From the NCBI GenBank assembly GCA_016721005.1, contig JADKJM010000007.1:24571-88570 (forward strand): 64,000 nt of DNA. Direction: 5' to 3'. Shown piece by piece: positions 30,987 through 39,587 of the stretch (the first letter of the stretch is position 1; each line of letters begins with the position of its first letter). The position numbers and the translations under genes are program-made. The notes under the pieces were generated by a model that was given only the letters and a program-made list of their open reading frames with translations, searched no databases and was not told the origin of the DNA. Source of the DNA: Flavobacteriales bacterium (GTDB taxonomy: Bacteria; Bacteroidota; Bacteroidia; Flavobacteriales_F; PHOS-HE28).

Positions 30987-33980
30987 ATGAGAATGTACAG
31001 AGCCTTCATCACCTCGTTGCTCGCGGCTACGAGCGCGATCGTAATGCAAGGGCAACAGCCCGTGTTCCAATGGGCGGAAGCGGTGAACAACGTCGCCTTC
31101 ATGTATTACTCCGGATGCACGGATGCGGAAGTGGCAGCGGATGGTGCCGTGTATGTCACCGGCCAAGCGAAGGACGCATGGGCGCACGGCTCCTTGATCA
31201 TCGAGAACGAAGTGGCGCGCAGCCCCTTCCTGGCCCGCTACGATGCGAGCGGGGACATGATCTGGGTGCGCCCCGGCGGCTGGGCACTGACCACCGTGGG
31301 CAGCAATGCGATCTATGTGACCGGTGATTTTCACGGCACGAGGGACTTCGGCGGCAGCACTTTCACAGCGGATAGCCTGGACGCCTTCCTGATGCGATAC
31401 GATGCGAACGGCAACGTGATCTGGGCGCGGCAGATGGGCGGCGGAGGAGGCGACAAGGGAATTTCCGTCGCCGTGGATGCCTTGGGACAGGTGCAGGTCG
31501 CCGGCATTTTCCAGGGTTCCGCAACGTTCGGCACCACAACCCTGATCGCCACGCACGATTCCACCGGCTTCCTCGCCACCTACGATGCCAGCGGCAATTT
31601 CATCCGGGCCATGATAGCAGGTGGCACCGACAACGTTGCGTACAACGTCGGTTACAACGTGGATCTGGCATGTGATGCGTCCGGTCACACCTATTGGTTC
31701 GGGATGTTCGATGGAACGGCATCATTCAACGGTACCAACCTCACCAGTTCAAGCGACAATGCAATGGCTCTGGCCCGCTTTGAAAGCAACGGCACCTGCA
31801 CATGGGCGACCCGGATGGGCGGAACCGCGAACATCCCTGCCGGCTTGGGGATCGCGGCCAACGGCAATGCGTATGTCTCTGGCACCTTCAGAGCCAGCGG
31901 CACCTTCGGTACGATCAGCATTCCCGATTCCTTCACTGCCGATGATGCATTCCTCGCGCTCTACGACCCGAACGGTGATCCGATCTGGGCACAGCGCATC
32001 GTCACCTCATCGTCCGCCGAACGCATGTACTCCATCACAGTGAACAGTGCCGGGAACGCCGTCGTCTCCGGTATTTCGGGCGGAACGAGCGCGACCGTTG
32101 GTGCGTCCACCATCACAGGTATTTCAGGCCAATTGACCTACGTGGCGGAGTTCGATGCAACAGGCGCCTTCCAATGGGCCGAACGGCTTTGCACGGCACG
32201 GCCGTTCATTGCCTTGGGTGCCATGGATGATCTCTACCTCTTCGGCAGCGAACTGTTCACTCCCGGATCCAACGGTACCATCTTCGACTTTGACACCGGC
32301 ATCGCGATCGGGGGGGCCGTGTCAGGGCGTACGGACGCCTTTCTCGCCCATTACGATGTTGCACATGACTTCCAATGGTTGCGTGTGATGGGTAGCACGC
32401 CCCCGGCCTACGACCAGGGTGCCGGCATTGTCTCGGATGCGAACGGCAACGTGTACACGGTCGGCAGATATACGGACTCCGCGATCCTGTGCGGGGATAC
32501 CTTGAAGGAATTCCCGGCCGTCAGTTCAGGCTTCCTTAGCAAGCGCGACGGCAGTGGCGCCTGCATCTGGACGCGCGAGTTCGGCACCAGTGGCAACAAC
32601 GTCGCACACGCGATCACGATCGATGGGAATGGAGATCTGATCATTGCAGGCGCGTTCTCTGATACGGTGACCTTGGGATCCGTACAACTGGTGAGCGACG
32701 GCGGCCGCGATCTTTTCGTAGCCAAGTACGACCCGAACGGCGTTTGCCTGTGGGCGAAGCGGGGGGGCGGCACGGCCAATGAAGATGCGACCTCGGTGGC
32801 CGTCAGTGCCAATGGTGATGTGAGCATCGCTGGATCCTACTTCAGCGCGACCACCATTGGAACGGCCACCTTCACGAGTGCGGGCGGCTTCGATATGTTC
32901 ATTGCGCACTACGATGCATCCGGCAACCTCGGCTGGGCGAAAAGCATGGGCGGTGCCGGATACGACCTCCTCGCCGGCCTGGCTCTGGACGCCACAGGCA
33001 ATGCCTATCTCTCCGGGTCCTTTACCGCATCGGCCACCTTCGATACGGAAACCATCATCGGCACCGGAAGTGCCGACATGTTCCTAGCGAAATATGATGC
33101 GACCGGAGACCCGGTGTGGGTGCAAAGCATGCCAGGCACGGGATCGAACACCGGTGCCGCCTTGGTGATCAATGATACCGGGAACCTCTATGTCACCGGC
33201 CATTACTACAACACCATCGATCTTGGGAGCGTCACCCTCACCGGGAGCCCCAGCAACGTCAGGGCCTTTCTTGCCTGTTACACCGATGCAGGCGTGAACC
33301 TGTGGGCGCAGGATATCCAGTCCACCGGAGGGACCGAAGGCTATGCGCTCGCCGCACGGCCGGGAGGCGATATCGTTCTCGCGGGTCAGTTGGTTGGTAC
33401 GGCGGTATTCGCAGGCACCACGCTCACGAGCACAAGCGGCTCTGGCGATGTCCTTCTTGCTGCATATAACGCCGCCGGACAGCCGCTGTGGGCCACGAAC
33501 ATGGGGGGCAACGGCACATGGGATCAGGCGGCGGCAGCGGGCGTCTGTGCAGACGCGGATCACGTCCATGCCACGGGCTACTTCGGTGGTTTGATCTACA
33601 ACTCGGACTACAACGGGGGCTCCATCACCTTTGTGCCGGGTGATCCCAGCACCACGCGCTACGCACCGAACAGCCTGGACGTGTTCGTGGTGAAGTACGC
33701 CATCGATGAGTCCGTGGGCTTGCACCACGTGCTCGTTTCCGCCCCATCGCTCATTCTCTCTCCCAACCCGGTGGATCACTTCTTCACTTTGAGCGGCGAT
33801 GATCTGGAAAGCGGCGCCACTCTCGCGGTGCGTGATATGACGGGCCGCGAAGTGCCCCTCCCCTTCACCATACAAACAAACAAGGCCATGGTCGATGCCT
33901 CTTCGCTTTCATCGGGCAGCTACTCGATCATCGTACGCACTTCTCGCAGCATGATCACGCAGCGCTTCATCAAAGAATAA
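30987..33980 (+). CDS. T9SS type A cargo with SBBP-type repeats (paralog of 27950-30976)
   Basis: Same architecture and collinear motifs (PVFQWA, ATHDSTG, LAARPGG, GGSITF.PGDP); CTD LSPNPVD...RFIKE. Confidence 0.88.
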   Translation: MRMYRAFITSLLAATSAIVMQGQQPVFQWAEAVNNVAFMYYSGCTDAEVAADGAVYVTGQAKDAWAHGSLIIENEVARSPFLARYDASGDMIWVRPGGWALTTVGSNAIYVTGDFHGTRDFGGSTFTADSLDAFLMRYDANGNVIWARQMGGGGGDKGISVAVDALGQVQVAGIFQGSATFGTTTLIATHDSTGFLATYDASGNFIRAMIAGGTDNVAYNVGYNVDLACDASGHTYWFGMFDGTASFNGTNLTSSSDNAMALARFESNGTCTWATRMGGTANIPAGLGIAANGNAYVSGTFRASGTFGTISIPDSFTADDAFLALYDPNGDPIWAQRIVTSSSAERMYSITVNSAGNAVVSGISGGTSATVGASTITGISGQLTYVAEFDATGAFQWAERLCTARPFIALGAMDDLYLFGSELFTPGSNGTIFDFDTGIAIGGAVSGRTDAFLAHYDVAHDFQWLRVMGSTPPAYDQGAGIVSDANGNVYTVGRYTDSAILCGDTLKEFPAVSSGFLSKRDGSGACIWTREFGTSGNNVAHAITIDGNGDLIIAGAFSDTVTLGSVQLVSDGGRDLFVAKYDPNGVCLWAKRGGGTANEDATSVAVSANGDVSIAGSYFSATTIGTATFTSAGGFDMFIAHYDASGNLGWAKSMGGAGYDLLAGLALDATGNAYLSGSFTASATFDTETIIGTGSADMFLAKYDATGDPVWVQSMPGTGSNTGAALVINDTGNLYVTGHYYNTIDLGSVTLTGSPSNVRAFLACYTDAGVNLWAQDIQSTGGTEGYALAARPGGDIVLAGQLVGTAVFAGTTLTSTSGSGDVLLAAYNAAGQPLWATNMGGNGTWDQAAAAGVCADADHVHATGYFGGLIYNSDYNGGSITFVPGDPSTTRYAPNSLDVFVVKYAIDESVGLHHVLVSAPSLILSPNPVDHFFTLSGDDLESGATLAVRDMTGREVPLPFTIQTNKAMVDASSLSSGSYSIIVRTSRSMITQRFIKE

Positions 33981-34071
33981 GGTCGGTGTTGCTTTCCATC
34001 GATCATCCATCCGTGCCATTTGCTTGCATCGCGATCAGGTCCTTCCTTCGAACTCGGGAACAAAAGACTTC

Positions 34072-34743
34072 ATGAGCAACTCCCCCATCCGCGTCATCGC
34101 CTTCGACGACAACAAGGACCTGCGCGACATGTTCCGCATGCTCGTGGACGCGCAGCCCGACATGGTGTGCGTGGCCGTACACCCGGACCTCTCGCAGATG
34201 ATGCGCGACCTCGACGCCGCGAAGCCCGATGTGATCGTGATGGACATCCAGATGCCGGGTCCCGGTTCGGAGACCGGGGTGACGGGCATTTGGGGTGTGC
34301 GTGCGATCAAGGCGCGTTGGCCCGATGCGCGCATTTTGATGCAGACCGTCTTCGAGGATGAGGAGAAGGTCTTCGACGCCATCCGCGCCGGAGCCAGCGG
34401 CTACATCCTCAAGACCTCCAGCGGCGATGAAATGATGAAAGCCATCCGCGATGTGCATGCGGGCGGCTCGGCCATGACGCCTGCCATCGCATTCAAGGTG
34501 CTCGAACATTTTCGCGTGAGTGCGCCGCCAAGCGAAGCACGACCGATGGACCCCGGTTTGAGCGAGCGCGAAAAGAGCGTACTGACGTTGTTGGTGAAAG
34601 GCCGCAGCTACAAGATGATCGCGGACGAGCTCGGCATCAGCTACCACACCGTGGACAGCCACATCCGGCGCATCTACGAAAAGCTGCATGTGGCCAGCGG
34701 CACCGAGGCGGTGAGCAAGGCGCTGCGGGACCGGCTGGTGTGA
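34072..34743 (+). CDS. NarL/LuxR-family response regulator
   Basis: FDDN, VMDIQMPG, GASGYILK, LSEREKSVL...G.SYKMIADELGISYHTVDSHIRRIYEKLHV. Confidence 0.95.
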   Translation: MSNSPIRVIAFDDNKDLRDMFRMLVDAQPDMVCVAVHPDLSQMMRDLDAAKPDVIVMDIQMPGPGSETGVTGIWGVRAIKARWPDARILMQTVFEDEEKVFDAIRAGASGYILKTSSGDEMMKAIRDVHAGGSAMTPAIAFKVLEHFRVSAPPSEARPMDPGLSEREKSVLTLLVKGRSYKMIADELGISYHTVDSHIRRIYEKLHVASGTEAVSKALRDRLV

Positions 34744-34771
34744 TCCCGCTCGCTCACCGTGTGGCACAACC

Positions 34772-35398
34772 TCACGCCGAAGCCCTACCCAACGCCGGAT
34801 CGCTCTTCGCCCCTTCCCCGGCAGCACCCACGGCGCTCACGAGGAACCAATACGGCTTGAACGGCCCCAAGCCCTCCACCAGAAAGCGCACTTTTCCGGT
34901 CACGGTGAGCAAGGTCAACTTCGCGGCCGGGTCTGCGGGATCCTGGTCGGTGGAATACAGCCGGTAGAAATCCGCGCCATGCACCCCTTTCCAGAGCACG
35001 TCCACCTCGCCGGTGATCCCGGTCATGCGCGCGTACCGGATGGTCGGAATGCCCACCGGACCCACCGGCTCCGGGAATTTGGCCAGCGGATAGCCACTGC
35101 TCTCCAGAATGGTGAGGTCGCCGTTGCCCTGCACGCGCACGTAATCGGCCTGTGTGCGCAACATGTTTCGGCCCTGTTTGGCCAGGTCGTCGCGCAAGAG
35201 GCGGTCGTGGCGCGCACCGTTGGTGGCCACTTGGATCGCGGTCTCCAGATCATCCGCCAAGGTGGTCATGGTGGCCAACGGGATCGGGGGTGCGGGAAAG
35301 CTCGCATTCGCCATGAGGTGGGCGATCACATTGCGCAACAGCGCGAGCAGGTCGATGTTGCGGAGGCGGGAAAGGGCCAGTTTGATATTCGCACGCAT
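34772..35398 (-). CDS. Cytoplasmic protein with helical N-terminus and C-terminal fibronectin type III domain
   Basis: FPAPPIPL, SSGYPL, then W...GA..Y...Y...GL...KPYWF.VSAVGAAGEG..SD FN3 pattern; no signal peptide. Confidence 0.8.
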   Translation of the reverse strand: MRANIKLALSRLRNIDLLALLRNVIAHLMANASFPAPPIPLATMTTLADDLETAIQVATNGARHDRLLRDDLAKQGRNMLRTQADYVRVQGNGDLTILESSGYPLAKFPEPVGPVGIPTIRYARMTGITGEVDVLWKGVHGADFYRLYSTDQDPADPAAKLTLLTVTGKVRFLVEGLGPFKPYWFLVSAVGAAGEGAKSDPALGRASA

Positions 35399-35575
35399 GG
35401 CAAGGGGCTTTTGATGGACCGGAGCCGACCGGGGGATGGTTATGGCACCTGAACGCCGCCGTGTATCCCTTGGTACATGGCCTTTTCCGGTATGCGGAAA
35501 CGCATGGAATATGCCCGCACGGCCAAGCGGGGCGTATGCGGAACAGAATAGTTCATGCGGCATCGCATATCGGGC

Positions 35576-35918
35576 CAAGTAGACCATCTTGGTGGGTCAA
35601 GTACCCCGACCCGATGGACCAAGTACCCCGACCTGATACACCAAGTACCCCGACTTGATGAGCCAAGTAGCCCGACTTGATGGGCCAAGTACCCCGACCC
35701 GATGGGCCAAGTACCCCGACTTGATGGGCCAAGTACCCCGACTTGATGAGCCAAGTAGCCCGACTTGATGGGCCAAGTACCCCGACCCGATGGGCCAAGT
35801 ACCCCGACCCGATGGGCCAAGTACCCCGACTTGATGGGCCAAGTACCCCGACTTGATGGGCCAAGTACCCCGACCTGATACACCAAGTACCCCGACTTGA
35901 TGAGCCAAGTACCCCGAC
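35576..35918. repeat. 22-bp tandem repeat array: 15 clear units (35598-35918) plus one degenerate unit at 35576
   Basis: Consensus CAAGTACCCCGACTTGATGGGC; CAA starts at 35598, 35620, 35642 ... 35906 at exact 22-bp steps. Confidence 0.98.
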
Positions 35919-35923
35919 CCACT

Positions 35924-36208
35924 TCACTCCGACCTCTCCTGTCGCGGGGGCGGGGGCGGTGGCGGTGTATCGAATGTGATGGTGATCCGGCCGGGGTCAT
36001 TGTCCCCGATCATCGTCTCCAACGGGATGCCGAGTACTTCGCAGAGCTTCACCATCTCGGAAAAGCGGGGCTCCACTTCATCGTGCTCAATGTAGCTGAT
36101 GGTGCTCTGGCTCAGTCCCACGCGGTCGCCGGTGTACTCTTGCGTCCAACCCAATGCCACGCGAACAAGCTCCATGCGCTTGCCGCGGGTAAGGGTTCGG
36201 GGTGCCAT
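35924..36208 (-). CDS. XRE-family helix-turn-helix regulator
   Basis: R..LGWTQE..G.RVGLSQSTISYIE.....P......KLCEVLGI; poly-Pro tail. Confidence 0.88.
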   Translation of the reverse strand: MAPRTLTRGKRMELVRVALGWTQEYTGDRVGLSQSTISYIEHDEVEPRFSEMVKLCEVLGIPLETMIGDNDPGRITITFDTPPPPPPPRQERSE

Positions 36209-36414
36209 GGCGGCCGGTGAATAAGGAATGGAACAACGCCATTCCCAGTGATAATGCAGAAAAGCGGCGTTTAGTATGTTTCCGGAGCACCTTTCGTCGG
36301 GTAGGGACGACCGGGACTTGTGGATCCACCACCCCGGTCGCCAATTTTGTTCCCCTCGGAATGCGAAGTGCCACCCCGAGCGCGTTCATCACACCCCCCT
36401 TCCGCTTCGATCAC

Positions 36415-37062
36415 ATGACCAAAAAAACCTACGACCGCTACACCGCGCTCTGGAAGGTCTGCAATGTGCATTGGCAGGCATGGTCCCACTCCGAGCCGTG
36501 CCGGGCGGCCATTGCCGGGCTGCGCGACCGCACCGCAGCCATGGAACCGCTGTTGCCGAGGCTGAATCCGCTCGCCCGGCAGAACGCCTGGCGTCGCGGG
36601 GATATCATTGAACAATTGGCTTCGCGGGTGCTGCGTGCCATGAACCCCCTTCGCCAAATGGCGGCGGACCACCCGGAAATGGGTATGCGCACCGCGCACC
36701 TGCCCAACCGGAACCATCGCAGTTGGGCCCAGCGATCGGATCCGGCCGTGGCCGCCCACGCGGAGGAGGTGTTCGCGCTCGTTATCCAACACATGCTCGA
36801 CCTGCATGCCTATGGCTACGGAACGCAGGAACGGGATGAATTCGCCAAGCAGCTTGCGGACTACCGGGCCGAACAGGACACCCTGAGCTCGGCCCACAGC
36901 GAATACCAATTGCTGCTGGATGGTTGTGCCGCCTTGGTACACGACCATTTGGACCCCGCGATCGCGGATCTGGACGGCGTCGCTGCATTCAAGGAAGCGT
37001 ACCGCCGTTCGCGGGAAGCGCTCGATCGACAACGCGAGGCGGATCGTCCGGAATTCGATTGA
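36415..37062 (+). CDS. Hypothetical all-helical protein (Bacteroidota helical-bundle family)
   Basis: L.AYGY...E.DEF...LADY and LD..........F..AY..SR patterns recalled from uncharacterised Bacteroidota proteins; divergent from the HTH gene. Confidence 0.55.
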   Translation: MTKKTYDRYTALWKVCNVHWQAWSHSEPCRAAIAGLRDRTAAMEPLLPRLNPLARQNAWRRGDIIEQLASRVLRAMNPLRQMAADHPEMGMRTAHLPNRNHRSWAQRSDPAVAAHAEEVFALVIQHMLDLHAYGYGTQERDEFAKQLADYRAEQDTLSSAHSEYQLLLDGCAALVHDHLDPAIADLDGVAAFKEAYRRSREALDRQREADRPEFD

Positions 37063-37078
37063 GCCCGGATCGGGATGC

Positions 37079-37459
37079 CTAGGCCGCCTCCTTGCCGGAA
37101 CCGTCGGCTGCCTTGTGCGTCAAGTGGTAGCCGTGGCAACGCGGGCATTCGTACACGCGCATGCGCCCACGGCCGGTGTTCCAAATGCGGTTGGACTGTG
37201 CATGGGCCCCCACCACGGTATAGATCACCTTATCGTCGCAACGCGGCGCTTCGTGGGTGTGGTGTACAATGCGCGTCCGCGTCAGGTACACCGCGCGGTC
37301 GCACAGGCGCACCACCTCGTGCAATTCCACCTTCTTCAGGTGTTCCAGCACCTTAGTGCGCAGTTCCGGCTCGGTGAAGAGGAAAAGCTCATCCACCAAT
37401 TCGGGGTGGTTCTGGATGAATGCGGCCAGCTTCTGCTGGAGGTCCTTCGCGGTGTTCAT
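37079..37459 (-). CDS. Hypothetical protein with C-terminal C..K..Y...R.YECPRCHGYHLT Zn-binding motif
   Basis: Motif visible in the translation; start MNTAKDL at 37459. Confidence 0.6.
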   Translation of the reverse strand: MNTAKDLQQKLAAFIQNHPELVDELFLFTEPELRTKVLEHLKKVELHEVVRLCDRAVYLTRTRIVHHTHEAPRCDDKVIYTVVGAHAQSNRIWNTGRGRMRVYECPRCHGYHLTHKAADGSGKEAA

Positions 37460-37591
37460 GGCGCATGGTCCTTTCGTGGTTCTGGCCCTATAACGCACGC
37501 CGGGCGGGGACTGTTGCACCCGCAAGAGGGCGCAGCGCGCAAGAAAACCGGTAGGATATACAGGGCTGAGGGGGCGGCCGGGCCCTGCCCC

Positions 37592-38020
37592 CTAATTCAA
37601 ATGCGCGCGCTTCTCCGCACGCATCCGCGCGACCGAGCGCACCACCCACTTGGGGCCATCCCACCGGAAGTACACGGCGTGGTCGGATCGCGGATCGAAG
37701 ACCACGCCCACATCGTCACCTTTTAGCAGGTCGCCCATGAGGTCCATCACGGTACAGGTGAGCACCGCGATGCCTCCCTCCTGCTTGGGCAGCTCCCCCA
37801 AGGTGGTGTACACCCATACCGTGGGGCCCAGATCCGGGTCCCGCATGGTGGCGTATTCCGGCGTTTGATGTTGCCCATTGGCACCGGCGCGTACTTCCAG
37901 CAGCACCGTGCAACTCTTCTCACCGAAGAGTTTGAGCAGTTCCATGGTGTTGTCCTCGTGGCCATTGGCCACGTACCGCTTCAAGGCGGCGTGCAGGATG
38001 GTGTTGGATGGAGGGGCCAT
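37592..38020 (-). CDS. Hypothetical protein, weakly SseB N-terminal-like
   Basis: VWVYTTLGEL and GVVFDPRS patterns; start MAPPSN at 38020. Confidence 0.45.
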   Translation of the reverse strand: MAPPSNTILHAALKRYVANGHEDNTMELLKLFGEKSCTVLLEVRAGANGQHQTPEYATMRDPDLGPTVWVYTTLGELPKQEGGIAVLTCTVMDLMGDLLKGDDVGVVFDPRSDHAVYFRWDGPKWVVRSVARMRAEKRAHLN

Positions 38021-38309
38021 TGGAAGTGGGGTTGATTGGGAGGATAACGGGGCGGGAAGGCGGAAGGTATGCGGGCGGCGACCGATGGACCCGGGGCATT
38101 GCAGGATGCACATCAAGGACAACTCTCGTGCCTTCACTTGCTTTCCCCGGTCGACTCACTATCCGCCCACCGTCTCTTCGAAGACGAAAGGCCCTGCTTA
38201 GGTTTGACGACATCGTTTCAGTTGAACGATGTCGGACATTTACATTCTCCGATCGACCGTTTGTTTCGGCACAATGTGTACTATGAGGTCGCTCGATCTG
38301 ACGTAGAAA

Positions 38310-39587
38310 ATGCCAAAAGCAATAAGTCTTTTTGCCGGCGCTGGAGGATGCTCCCTCGGTTTCAAGCAAGCCAACTATGACATCGTCTTCGCCACTGACT
38401 TCGACAAGGCGGCGATGCAGACATATGCACTGAACTTGTCTGGAGCCAGCATCGCATGCAAAGACATCTGCGAAATTGACTTCCAAGAATTGATGGTAGC
38501 ACTGAAACTCAAGGCCGGGGAACTGGACGTGCTGATCGGTGGTCCACCGTGCCAAGGCTTCAGCACAGCCGGGCCAAGGTTTTGGGATGACCCAAGGAAT
38601 CACCTATTGAAACAATACGTGCGGGCCATCGAAGTCGTCAAGCCGAAGTGGCTCATGATGGAAAATGTCGAAGGGCTCCTCACAACCAAAGGCGGGGAAT
38701 ACGTTGCTGAAGTTGTAAAGGCATTTGTACGTCTCGGCTACCGTGTGCGCATCGAGAAAGTATATGCGCACGAGTATGGTGTTCCTCAGCGTCGGAAACG
38801 GGTGATCATCCTCGGGAATCGGCTTGGCAAAGACTTCACCTTCCCCACCGCTACTGTTCCATCTCACGGACGGATCTTCCGGAGGGGCGGGATCACTTTG
38901 GAGCAAGCCTTTCACGGCCTCCCGCACCCCGGCCATGTAAACCAGCCAGTTCCGTACGACGCCGATATGGAGGGAGAGTGGGCCGCATTCTTGGCGAGCG
39001 ACTCAGGACTTGTCACAGATCACTTCACACCCGAGGTGGAACCCTTGCAGGAACAACGCATTGCGGCTTTGGGCCCCGGTCAGACTATGAAGGATCTACC
39101 TGAACAGCTTCAGCACCCCAGCTTTCAGAAGCGAGCGAATAGACGAGTAATGGATGGCACACCATCCGAAAAGCGTGGCGGATCTCCTTCCGGTTTGAAG
39201 CGACTGCATTACGATGAGCCAAGTCTCACGATCACAGGTGCTGCGACCAGAGAGTTCATCCATCCCATTGAGAACCGCACACTGACCATCCGCGAAGCAG
39301 CACGCGCACAAACATTTCCGGATCACTTCACATTCATTGGAAGTCGATCCGATCGTATCCAGCAGATCGGGAATGCGATCCCACCGTTACTGGCCCGGGT
39401 ATTCGCTGAGCATATCGCCGAGCAGGGATTCCAACGCACATCCCATGAAGGGGAAGGCAGGTTCCTCGGATTCAAGTTGACGAAGTCGCAAGGTCTCAGT
39501 CCGGCATTGGAACGCACCTCGGGCTTGTTGCGCTCCCTGCTTACAACATCACATCAAGAACAACTATATTTTGAGGATGCCGGTTAG
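38310..39587 (+). CDS. C5-cytosine DNA methyltransferase, M.ApaLI-like
   Basis: SLFAGAGG (motif I), GGPPCQGFS (IV), ENVEG (VI), QRRKRVI (VIII), TIREAARAQTFPD, QIGNAIPP; RRVMDGTPSEKRGG recalled from M.ApaLI. Confidence 0.93.
   Translation: MPKAISLFAGAGGCSLGFKQANYDIVFATDFDKAAMQTYALNLSGASIACKDICEIDFQELMVALKLKAGELDVLIGGPPCQGFSTAGPRFWDDPRNHLLKQYVRAIEVVKPKWLMMENVEGLLTTKGGEYVAEVVKAFVRLGYRVRIEKVYAHEYGVPQRRKRVIILGNRLGKDFTFPTATVPSHGRIFRRGGITLEQAFHGLPHPGHVNQPVPYDADMEGEWAAFLASDSGLVTDHFTPEVEPLQEQRIAALGPGQTMKDLPEQLQHPSFQKRANRRVMDGTPSEKRGGSPSGLKRLHYDEPSLTITGAATREFIHPIENRTLTIREAARAQTFPDHFTFIGSRSDRIQQIGNAIPPLLARVFAEHIAEQGFQRTSHEGEGRFLGFKLTKSQGLSPALERTSGLLRSLLTTSHQEQLYFEDAG

Noticed and set aside
35576-35918. 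CRISPR or TIGR-like guide array
   Set aside because: The variable part is only about 9 bp and reuses a handful of variants, so there are no unique spacers; no cas or Nop-domain gene is nearby
35944-35965. G-run tract as a G-quadruplex element
   Set aside because: It is explained by the poly-Pro codons of the HTH C-terminus on the minus strand
35440-36000. ORFs 35440-36000 and 35597-35908 as real genes
   Set aside because: They arise from the stop-free repeat; the first overlaps the HTH gene. Only the GTGA-coupled frame was kept as a hypothesis
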